A stretch of DNA of 64,000 nucleotides from Marsupella aquatica (Eukaryota; Plantae; Marchantiophyta). The stretch spans positions 28,234,307 through 28,298,306 of the forward strand of contig OZ316892.1 of NCBI GenBank assembly GCA_973895155.1, in the 5' to 3' direction. Below the pieces are notes generated by a model that did no database searches, was not told the DNA's origin, and saw nothing but the letters and a program-made list of their open reading frames with translations. This document shows positions 1-10,608 of the stretch, piece by piece; position 1 is the stretch's first letter; each line of letters begins with the position of its first letter. The position numbers were made by a program, and so were the translations under genes.

Positions 1-255
1 CAGAATGTTCATTCCTCACCCTCACCCTCAGGACTATTAGTATGATCAATCATATGGCTTGGACCTATATATTCTTCACGAGAGGTCCAAAGGATGTAGA
101 TATAGGACAGCAATCCCTGTGACGATGACGATAATAGCTAGGGAATCCTAATTTTGCCGGCTTGCGTATATCTTTTGGACTGATATGGTCTGGGTCCGAA
201 ATGGGCAGCATTGGGCCTCAATTTAATTCTGCTTTGAATTCGTGAGGACGTGCAG

Positions 256-718
256 CCTCCTGAGGAGATGCTGGGACAAGAATCCGGTCCTGAGGCCGAC
301 GTTTGCGGAGATCATAAAGGAGCTGGAGTGTATGCGGGCTGAGCTGATGAAGTTTCGCTGGAAGCCGAGGCCGATGCTAACGGACGCTGTCAGCAACATC
401 TCCGGGAAATGGAAGAACTTTCAGCACAAAATGCAGCACGCTAGAATCGAGCAGTCGGGATCTGACCGCCCGTCTGACCGCCTGCCTCGCATAGATGAAG
501 GAAAGCCTGATAGTAGGAGAGCGACTACAAAACAGTCTCGTAGAGGCGGATCTGCCCCGGGATCTGCATATGGTGGAGAGTCGCGCAGAGGCGGTGGATC
601 ATTGAGTCGGAGGGAAGATTTGTACCCGTGGTTCTCAGCTGATGAGGGCAGTGTCTCCGCCTTCGATACATCCGAGGACAGCAGCTTGTCGACTAGCATC
701 CACGGTCCTCCCGCATAG
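256..718 (+). CDS. Terminal exon of a Ser/Thr/Tyr (Raf-like/ILK-like) protein kinase; the rest of the gene is upstream of the window
   Basis: Kinase subdomain XI-like LLRRCWDKNPVLRPTFAEIIKELE follows a GTGCAG acceptor ending at 255; low-complexity tail and TAG at 716-718. Confidence 0.8.
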
Positions 719-1329
719 CAGCAGCTGACAAAGTCTTACTACCAACAGCGCATTTCAGAGGCGAGATCGGCCTCGATCAGTTCTCCTATTGAGATTGAAG
801 GTCGAGACAATGCGCACAACTTGTGCACATTTCTCGAGGTTGAAAGGTCGAAATTAGTTCCCAAACACGACAACACCCGTCTGCAGCTGCTCCAAACCGG
901 TGTCTTTCCTTTTGGGGGTGGGTCTCCACATGAGAATGGCTCAGTTTGGGTGTGGGTCTCAGATGAGACTGGCTCACATTTTGGGGAGTGGGTCTCAGAT
1001 GAGAATAGTGGCGCAGTTTACAACTGGATCTCACAGAAGAATGGGTCAGATTGGGAGTGGGTTTAGGGTTCAGATGTGAGAATGGCTCTAAGTTGATGTG
1101 GAGGGTAGAGGGTTGATGTTCCTTGTATACAGAAGTATATAGTTCAAGCTAGTTTCTATGGATCGCAAACGTGGATATGTGGAGTAGGCTATAATACCAT
1201 GCTGTCATACTTTTGAAGCCTCCATATAATGTACCTATACAATATTCGCAGTGTCAGGGCCGCGTCTACTACAGTCGCTGCTTGAACAAAATTAACCTGA
1301 GAATATGTGCCACACAGAAATTAGAGGGA

Positions 1330-2680
1330 AAGCTCTAGGACACACTTCTTGATACATGCGATTCTTTACTGGTGACAGTTTCGTCATCTCATTCATGATA
1401 TGTTCAACGTAACCTAGACTCACTGATCGAGCTAGTTCTTCCAGGGCAATCTTGCATCGTATGCCTGATTCAATTACTCTCGTATACCAATATCAAATTT
1501 TATAGTGGTGACAGTTTCATCATCTCAGGTATGCTCCTTTGTTCAACTTTACAACCTATGTACAGGATTAAAGCAAGTTCGTCCCGAGCAATCTTGTATT
1601 GTACCCTCATTCAATTACACTACTAAACCAAGCCAAATTCCGTAGTGGTGACAGTTTCGTCATCTCACTCTTGCTTCTATGTTCACCTCAGCCTATGTAC
1701 AGGACTAAAGCAAGTTCTTCCCGGGCAATCTTATATTGTACATGGCTCATTGAATTACACTCATAAAGCTATTCCAACTTCCGTAAGGGTGACAGTTTCG
1801 TCATCTCACTCATGCTCCTATGTTCAACTCGACCTATATACAGGACTAAGGCAAGTCCTTCCCAGAGCAATCTTGTATTGTACATGCCTCAATGAACTAC
1901 ACTCCCATAGCTATTCCAAATTCCATAGTGGTGACAGTTTCGTCAACCCACTCTTGCTTCTATGTTCAACTCACCATATACAGGACTAAAGCAAGTTCTT
2001 CCCGGGCAATCTTAGTATCGTCCATGCCTCATTGAATTACACTCCTGTAGCTATTCCAAATTCCATGGTGGTGACAGTTTCGTCATCTCATTCATGTAAT
2101 CAACTCGACCTATATACAGGACTAAGGCAAGCCCTTCCCGAGCAATCTTGTATTGTACATGCCTCATTGAATTACAGTCATATAGCTATTCCAATTCCAT
2201 ACTGATGACAGTTTCGTCATCTCATTCATGCTCCTATGTTCAACTCAACCTATATGCATGACTAAAGCAAGTTCTTCCCGAGCAATCTTGTATTGTACAT
2301 GCCTCATTGAATTACACTCCTATAGCTATTCCAAATTCCATAGCGGTGACAGTTTCGTCATCTCAATCATGCTCCTATGTAACTCAACCTATATACAGGA
2401 CTAAGGCAAGTCCTTCCCGAGCAATCTTGTGTTGTACATGCCTCATTGAATTACACTCCTATAGCCTTTCCAAATTCCATAGTGGTGACAGTTTCGTCAT
2501 CTCATTCATGCTCCTATGTTCAACTCAACCTATATACATGACTAAAGCAAGTTCTTCCCGAGCAAGCTTGTATAGTCCATGCCTCATTGAATTACACTCC
2601 TATAGCTATGCCAAATCCCATACTGGGAACTCACTGATCAAGGTACTAACGCAAGTTCTTCTCGGGCAAGCTTGTGTTGT
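1330..2680. repeat. Tandem array of about 9 ~140-bp units, derived from the 3' end of the adjacent S41 gene
   Basis: GGTGACAGTTTCGTCATCTC-like motif recurs at ~1371, 1507, 1647, 1788, 1930, 2070, 2205, 2345 and 2484. Confidence 0.95.
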
Positions 2681-2738
2681 TTGCCTTGTTAACCTCTACC
2701 ATAGTTTTATCTACCAAATCTCATACACTACTAGGAAC

Positions 2739-4118
2739 TTACTGAGCCTGTACTAAAGCAAGTCCTTCCCGGGCAAGCTTGTATGCCTCATCAAACGCAG
2801 CTTCAGCAGAGGTTGGAACATCAGGCACAACTCTTACTCCGTCCCAATCGAACTTCGTGATCGGATTGATAGGCCTCTTGCCCGGAAAGATAACCAGAAA
2901 ACTTTCGTCTAAATCGAATGCTCTCATAGGCTGTGCTTCAGTAGTCGTGGGCTCGCCAATGATCTTCGCTCGCTGGAGACTCTGTAGATTGTAAGCGAGC
3001 TCTTCGGCGCCACATACCGTCTGCTCACTCGTGAGCACGTAAATTGGCTTCTTGCCCCCATACCTTTTTCCTTTCACGGAAGGCTGTGTCCAATACTCTT
3101 CCACGGATCCTCCATCTTCAGGAGAGACTAAATCCTTCAGGTGGACGGGCTCCTCATCGAAGAAGTAGCTTGCTATCAGCGACATGGTCTTCGGAGCGCT
3201 TAAGTGGTGCTCACGCAGATCGACCAGGAGTGCTTCCGCATCTGCAATTTCGGTCATTCTGCTCGCGATGGCATCACGAACCTCCTCGTCGTCTGAAGGT
3301 ATGAACTCGCGGATCGTGAGGCAGGCGACGTTCTCGTCAAGGTGTTGGGTCTCCTCAAAGCCGTAATTTCTTTGTCGAAACATCGCAAGTGCGTTCTCTT
3401 TTTCCATTTCAGCCCTAAAATTTGGGTCAAAGCGAAGCATAAAATGAAGGTCGTCGCTTACTTCTTGTAGGTCTTTCGTCACCGCCTCAGCAAAATCAGG
3501 AGCCAGAGAGATCCTGTCATAGTCTCCATGAGCAGCATTCCTTTTGAGTGCCTCGATCATCCGTTGCCCGACGTCAGCATAGATAAAATGATCCTGAAGC
3601 TCCCGCACGATCCCCTCGATGAGCAAGCCGCGTCGATAAGGATCGAGATAGCGAGCAGCTATGGCTTTAGCTCTTTCAACTGGAGATAGGAACTCATCTG
3701 GCGTCGGTATCGCGCGAATCTGGAATGCGTCAACCCGGTTAGGATCAGCGTTGTCCAATTCTATCACAAATAAAGCGAATTGGGGGGAGTTCCGCTCTTG
3801 CAGAACAGCCGTGAGCCGATTCGCTTGGGAATCAGAGCTGATGCCTTTCAGATGGAAACCTCCAGTCTGTCTCCTAAATGCCATCTCATCATTGACGTTT
3901 GCTATATCATTAGAAGGGCCTTGGGATGAGAAGTTATGTTTCTCGTGATGCGCCACAATCTCAGTCCGACTTCCAATGTTGAATACTTCAAGCCACTCAG
4001 CGAAGACCCTGCCCACCGGAGTATCTGGAATCGATACTTGATCCATCTCCTTCGCAGAGATAAGCATGAAGTACGCCGTGAGACTGAAGGCCAGAACGGC
4101 GATGAAAATGCGTGCCAT
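2739..4118 (-). CDS. Intronless, probably secreted S41-family (IRBP-like/C-terminal processing) peptidase homolog of bacterial type
   Basis: Signal-peptide-like MARIFIAVLAFSLTAYFMLISA from the ATG at 4118; motifs DLQEVSDDLHF, LLVDLRE and KPIYVLTSEQTVCGAEELAYNLQSLQRAKIIGEPT; C-terminal WDGVRVVPDV. Confidence 0.85.
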   Translation of the reverse strand: MARIFIAVLAFSLTAYFMLISAKEMDQVSIPDTPVGRVFAEWLEVFNIGSRTEIVAHHEKHNFSSQGPSNDIANVNDEMAFRRQTGGFHLKGISSDSQANRLTAVLQERNSPQFALFVIELDNADPNRVDAFQIRAIPTPDEFLSPVERAKAIAARYLDPYRRGLLIEGIVRELQDHFIYADVGQRMIEALKRNAAHGDYDRISLAPDFAEAVTKDLQEVSDDLHFMLRFDPNFRAEMEKENALAMFRQRNYGFEETQHLDENVACLTIREFIPSDDEEVRDAIASRMTEIADAEALLVDLREHHLSAPKTMSLIASYFFDEEPVHLKDLVSPEDGGSVEEYWTQPSVKGKRYGGKKPIYVLTSEQTVCGAEELAYNLQSLQRAKIIGEPTTTEAQPMRAFDLDESFLVIFPGKRPINPITKFDWDGVRVVPDVPTSAEAAFDEAYKLAREGLALVQAQ

Positions 4119-5289
4119 TTCCAAGTGAAAAACTCGTACCAGACTGTGAGGCGATGTGACGATGTTGAGTGTTAAAATCTCGTGTTGAAGAACGGCCAAC
4201 AGGGACGCTGTCGAGTCGCATAAGCCAAGCTCACAAGATCAGCATGGAATTCGCTGGCTATTTTGTGCTTCACCTGATCGATGTCGTGGAGGAGAAGGCT
4301 AAGGTACGTGACGAAGAAGAGGAAATTGTGAGAAGCGTCATCGAAGTGAGGACTAAATTGTAGATATGTCGGGGTTTCAATGTCGGATCTAAGTTGTGAA
4401 AATGTAAACCCCAAATTCGTCCAGCTTCCTGTTGGTACTGTGAGCTCTAGAATCCGGATTATGAAGAGCCCTTCGCTGCAAAAGCTTTAAGTAAGCTGAA
4501 TTGGGTAGATGCCCAATCAGCATGAAAATAATTTTCATCCTTATCCCACGGTTGAAATTTGGTCAATGTGATTCATAACATAAAGTACGCTGGTTCGAGT
4601 CATCATTTGTGGGAAAGAAAGTAGTGATTGAGATTAAACAGAGACCAATGGAATTGTTGCCCTTTCAGAAAGTAGTGACTTGCACGTAAAGTCTGAACAA
4701 TAAAAAAAACTAAGTGTGGGATTGTTCAGCCTTGAACAAGCAACCTCAGGACTTTTGCCGATGCCAATGGCACGGCCGGGCATACCTCATGGAACACGAG
4801 TCAAGTACGTTGACAAATTCAGCAGCCCAGTGGCAATCCGTTCAGGAGAATCGACACCAGGTCTCATATGAAGTCTTTCGGTAAAACTGATCGCCTCCTC
4901 GGCCACCATAGTTATCCCAATGCTAGACTCAAGCTGAAGTGGCCATTAATCCTGGGTGGTAACAGTGCCTTACGCTGATCATACAGTTCTTGTCTTGGGT
5001 CACGAAATTCAAAGGACGATGCAAAGCTGCTTTCCATCATCAAGCTGAATCATACACACTCATCAAGCTGAATCATATACAGTATCAATATCAAATGAAG
5101 GGCAGGGCAGGGATGAAATGGGCAGCTCAGTTCAGGGCGAGCTTCCAAGCTCTTTCGCTTTCAGTGCCTTGGGTCAGAACAGGATGAGCAGAACCATTAT
5201 TTATAATAGAAGTAGAGTGGGAATCGGATCAGATCTCGTTTTCTGAATTCGATCGTCAGCTTACGCTAAGGAATCTGAGGCCTCTGCAC

Positions 5290-7460
5290 ACACGACGGCA
5301 ATCATGGACCAGCTGCACGCATGCACTTAATTCTTGACAGACACTATAACAATCATCTAGGGTCAGCTGCTCACTTGCTTTTTCTTTACTGCAGCTGCAC
5401 AAATGCACGTAAATCCTGTGTGTGAGTAGAAGAGGTTAATTTGGTGTCCTGAAAAGTTGAGCAGGTAACCTCTTTCCGGGCACGAGTTACTTAAGCTAAT
5501 GCAAGGTAAGGCTGGGGTTATAGGTTGTAACCTGCTCCCAGAATATTCAAAGAAGCTTCCCGGCTACTGCCGGTCAGTTTCTTTTCATATTCCGATCGCA
5601 GGGTTATAGCCTTGTAACCCTGCGCCCAGACCTGCATTACCCTATACTTAATTCTTTGACTGTTTTAGCACTTTTTCAGATGTGTTTTTGTCCATAAGCT
5701 CCACAGATGCACCTAATTTTTTACAGATCACACCACAACATGATGGATCAGGTGCTCCCCCGGTTTGAATTTGCCCATCAAACTGGCCAATTTTCCCAGT
5801 AAACACGTCAACCCGTCAACCCAGTTGCCTGGTCTCTTGGAGTTGGGGTCGGTCTGGCTATGAGGGTCGGTCTGGGCTGGCCTGGGCCGGGTGTTTTGGT
5901 GGTTCGGTAGGGGTTTGGGATGGGTTTGGGAGGCCGGGGAGGGGTTTGGGAGGCCGGGTCTGGGCTGAGTTCGAGAGGAGTTCGGGAGGCCAGGGAGGAA
6001 TTCGGGAGGAGTTTGGGAGGGGTTCGGGAAGCTGAGTCCAGCCCGGGTTTGGGTGGGGTCCGGGCGGGTCGGGAGTCCGGGGGAGTCCAGGGGAATATTG
6101 GGAATATATGTCAAACTGGCCGTTTTGGGGTCGTCATTTGACGGTTTTACGTGCTCGGCAAGCCATCAACTTGCCCGTCAGGTTAAACCTAGGGTGCTCC
6201 GCTGCACTATGCCACTACAGTTATGCACTTAATTTTTACTGCTAAATTACTATTCAGACTCACTTTTCAGATGTATTTTTGCACAGAGGCTCCACGCATG
6301 CACTTAATTTTTGAGAGGCACTACAACAACCCTGGATCAGCTGCACTTAATTTTTGAGAGACATTACAACGACCATGGATCAGCTGCACACTATTTTTGA
6401 GTGCTACTTTTCAGAGGCACTTTTCAGAGGAGCATTTTAGATGTATTTTTGCACAGAGGCACTACGACGACCATGGATCAGCTGCACTTAATTTTTGAGA
6501 GACAACACAACAACCATGGATCCGCTGCACTTCATATTTTAGTTCTACTTTTCAGAGGCACTTTTCAGAGGCGCATTTTAGATGTATTTTTGCACAGAGG
6601 ATCCACTCACGCACTTAATTTTTGAGAGGCACTACAACGACCATGGATCAGCTGCACTTAAATTTTTAGAGACAACTCAACAACCATGAATCAGCTGCCC
6701 TTCATATTTTAGTTCTACTTTTCAGAGGCACTTTTCAGGGGCATTTTAAATATATTTCTGCACAGAGGCTCCACGCACGCACTTAATTTTTTAGAGGCAC
6801 TACAATGACCATGGATCAACTGCACTTAATTTTTTAGAGACAACTCAACAACCATGAATCAGCTGCCCTTCATATTTTAGTTCTACTTTTCAGAGGCACT
6901 TTTCAGGGGCGCATTTTAAATATATTTTTGCACAGAGGCTCCACGCACGCACTTAATTTTTTAGAGGCACTACAACGACCATGGATCAACTGCACTTAAT
7001 TTTTGAGAGACAACACAACAACCATGGATCAGCTGCACTGTATTTTAGAGTGCTACTTTTCAGAGGCACTTTTCAGAGGCGCATTTTAGATGTATTTTTG
7101 CACAGAGGCTCCTTGCGCGCACTTAATTTTAGAGCCACTACAACAACCATGGATCAGCTGCACTTAATTTTTGAGTGCTACTTTTCAGAGGCACTTTTCA
7201 GAGGAGCATTTTAGACGCATGCACTTAATTTTTGACAGACACCACAACAACCAAGGATCAGCTGCTCAATTACTTTCAGGCTCATGTATTATTTGTTTAC
7301 TGAAGCTGCACAAATGCACTCACTATATGCACTTGATTTTATACTGCTGCATTACTTTTCAGACGCACAATTCAGATGTAGTTTTGTACAGAAGCTCCAC
7401 GCTTGCACTTAATTTTCGACAGACAAGACAGCAATCAAGCACGATATGCATTTAATTTCT
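5290..7460. repeat. Complex minisatellite/satellite, core 6270-7270, higher-order unit ~170 bp
   Basis: Recurrent CCATGGATCAGCTGCACTTAATTTTTGAGA and CTTTTCAGAGGCACTTTTCAGAGG blocks. Confidence 0.9.
5759..6192. mobile_element. Putative non-autonomous insertion (hAT-like geometry) inside the satellite
   Basis: GC-rich block bounded by the 8-bp direct repeat GGTGCTCC (5751-5758 and 6193-6200); weak terminal inverted similarity; repeated CCCRTCAA-like subterminal motifs. Confidence 0.45.
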
Positions 7461-7461
7461 G

Positions 7462-7810
7462 ACTTCCCCTTATCCCCTTATGCCCAAATCCACGTGGCCT
7501 CGCCGGGAGTGTTATTTTCAATAAATAATTATCTAGTTTCTAAATTGCTTTAGGAGACTCGATCCATTATATGTTTTTCCTAATTTTTTAATATGAACAG
7601 AACCACCTTTGAAGTTTTCTTTATTTTTGTATGAATCTGTTGTATGCATTGAGTTTCTTACTTCCCCTATCCCCTCATGGCCAAATCCACGTGGCATGGT
7701 CGAGAGTATCATTTTTCAGAGATAATTATTTAGTTTCTAATTTTCTTTAGGAGACAGTATTCTTTGTTTGACCTAATTTTTAATACAAACGGAACTCCCT
7801 TGAAAATTTC
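7462..7810. repeat. Diverged direct duplication, ~197-bp period
   Basis: ACTTCCCC(T)TATCCCC...CCAAATCCACGTGGC...TAGTTTCTAA...TTTAGGAGAC occurs at ~7462 and ~7659. Confidence 0.75.
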
Positions 7811-8584
7811 CTCAGTTTTGTTATGAGTTTGATATTTTAGTCTACGAGGTTGCTAGACTACCCTTTCCTACCCCATCCCATAGAACCACTGACCCAATTT
7901 GCGAACCACTAAAGATCACACTTTAGATTCACTAAGAGTATATAACTTTACTCAGATTTCTGTGAGCCCAGCCTCCTCAGGTCAACCCTAAGCAACTCGT
8001 ACAGAAAGTACTTATTGTAGTATGTACACCTTACCTCATTGAGTCATTGGGCTACAATCTTAATGATCCATACTTGATAGGATCGTCCTACTTGATAGTG
8101 GTAGTACCTCTCTACTTTATAGTGATAGTACCATCCCTGCTGTCATTCCCTAACAACCAACTGCCCCCTCTCTTTTTATTTGTCTGTATCTTTATGTTCA
8201 ATGTTCACTGTCCATAACCATTTCTGTGCATTTTTTCTTCATTATCCCTCTCTGAAACATTTAATATTCTCCAATACTATAAGATTACTAGTTTTTTATT
8301 GTTCTAATAAACAAAGTAGTGATTAAGGAGAACAGGTCTGCTATATCATTATGGTGAATAAAGTGGAACACTTTAGATACTAGCCTGAGTGCAAGCTCTT
8401 TGAAGTTAAAACAGGTGAGGACTCGAGGACTGTCAAGCCTGTTGGTTGTTCACCTATTCGTGTGCAAGTGGTTTCTAGCGGCCATTTTCCACTGGCAACC
8501 CCGACTTCAGTATGTTATGCCCCCAGGGTCACAGCCGGCCTAATGGCTTTGTTCTAGACCATAGGCCCTGATGAGAAGCTTTTG

Positions 8585-8909
8585 TTTTTGCCTTGAAAAC
8601 CGAAAGCAGGCCCATCAAACAGAGGATAGACGTCCTGCTTTGGAGCATGCAGTTCTATGTAGGGCAGCCACAAGGGGACAATACCCAAGGATCCGACAGG
8701 GACCCAGACCAGGAGGGAGAGAGGATTAAACCAGAACCCAAAGTGGGCAACCAGGGCTGAGGAGATAATCAATACTCCCACCACTACACCCCACCCACAC
8801 ACACACACACACATACCTTCCACACCCCTTATGTGTGGAGGGAGGATTGAACCTGGGACCTCTCAGTTCTAGGCTCATCCTCTGGCCAACTGACCAAAGC
8901 CAGTTGGTT
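8585..8909 (-). mobile_element. tRNA-derived SINE with a 17-bp TSD
   Basis: TSD CTGATGAGAAGCTTTTG at 8568-8584 and 8910-8926. The minus-strand head has Pol III box A-like TGGTCAGTTGG and box B-like GGTTCAATCC; internal (GT)n; short A-rich tail. Confidence 0.85.
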
Positions 8910-10608
8910 CTGATGAGAAGCTTTTGATAATGATTTTTGTTATATAGATAGATTCTAAATACTTAAAGCATATCAATGAGGTCTGGCAGGCAAGGACGCA
9001 GGTCCAGGCTAGGTCCTGATGGACTCTCATTTTTCTCTAAGTCCAGCTCTTGTATCATCTAGGAAATTAAGAAGGTGGGGTGTGTGAACAACTTCTTCCA
9101 TGGATATATCCCCCAATATATGAGATAACCCTGCAGAAAAAGTTCACTCCAAAGTTGCCATGGAATGCTTTTTGCCCTATGGGCCCCTCTGAGAGTAAGC
9201 GCCCTATCTACATGTGTACACCACCAAAATCATATCATTACTAAAAACTTAAATAACTATTACAAACCTAAAATTATATACCTTGTTATATATAATGCAA
9301 ATGTAAAAAATAAAGCCTGGATAGACCAAGGGGTTTTGCTGTAAAAAACCCCTGGATTTTCAAGCTGGGATGGATTGACTCAGAACATAAAATCTACTCA
9401 GATAGCACTTTTACAGTTTGGACTCAAATGTGACCTGCAAACAGGCTCCTGACCATTTGCAGCTGGTTTCCAATAGTTTACGCGGTTGTAAGTCGCAGCC
9501 AACACACAAACTACTTAGGTCATTCTTCCCAAGGGGGAGAGTCCTTTCCCAAAGTGGTATGTCCATTGTTCCTGCCTAAGTACTGAGGGAGTTCTTCACA
9601 AAGTGAAGAATCAGTTGGCAGTTAGTTTATAATATTTTCTCATCTTTGCAGGAATTGGAAATATTGCAAATGAAAGTTTGGTAAATTTTCAGGCAATAGA
9701 TGAGGCATAAGAGAACCTGCTGGAAACTTTGAGTTTATTAAACAAAGATTCAAAAGATGTCCAAATAAATGCACAAGTCTGCCAAAACCAACATTTCACA
9801 GTTGATCAAGACACCTGGAGAAGTACATGGGGTGTTTCTCTCAAACATGAAGCGTCCTTTCAAGATAGCTGGACACTGTAAATATTGGGTGTAAAGCGCG
9901 GTGTAAAGTGAAGGAGCATGTGTCACAGTCCATGAGGATGGGCAAAACAAACCCCTCGGTCCATCCGGGCTTAACTTTCGATCTGCAAAGATCACTTAAT
10001 AATATAATCCCTAGTTATCACTATATTCATTAAAACTGAAATTATAAAGGATATAGGGAAATTTGGCGATTTAAAAACATAGTTTTAGGCATGAATATTG
10101 TAAATTTGGAAGATGAAAAATGAAAATTCAAGCATCATTAAATGTAAATTTGGGGACAAAAAAATGAAATTTTGGGAAAGTAAAATATTAAATTGGATGA
10201 TATTAAAAAACATTTGGGTGATAAAAGTGTTCATTTGGTTGGAAAATAGATAGAATCTAGTAATAACATATAAGCTTGGATAGCATCTATATTCAAAACA
10301 TTTAGCTTGAGTAAGATATCTAACTAAGCACCAATACAATGGAATGACTATAGTGTCTAGACAAAGTTAACTAGGATGATATCCAACCTACTAGAAGGAA
10401 TGAAATGGCATCAATTTCTAGAATTAAAATATACTAAGACAAATAAAATAATAATTATAAGAAAGTCCATTCAATAGCTTTGAGAGATCATAGAGTATTA
10501 ATTTGATTGTCTTGTTCTCTCACTTTAGACCAACGCATGGAAATCAACTCGACCCTCTTAATCACAAGTCATTTGAGTGGAGACTTGTAACCTACGAGTT
10601 CTATCAAT

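Noticed and set aside
1645-2756. Plus-strand ORFs of 114 and 149 aa
   Set aside because: Artefacts of the 140-bp tandem repeat.
2739-4199. Bacterial contamination, or a start at 4199
   Set aside because: The gene end is shared with the adjacent local repeat, and the ATG at 4118 directly precedes a signal peptide whereas 4199 is a non-ATG start.
5728-6141. Pro-rich and Gly-rich ORFs
   Set aside because: Translations of a low-complexity GC-skewed repeat insert.
8824-8909. Functional tRNA gene
   Set aside because: It is the head of a TSD-flanked SINE and I could not fold a convincing cloverleaf.
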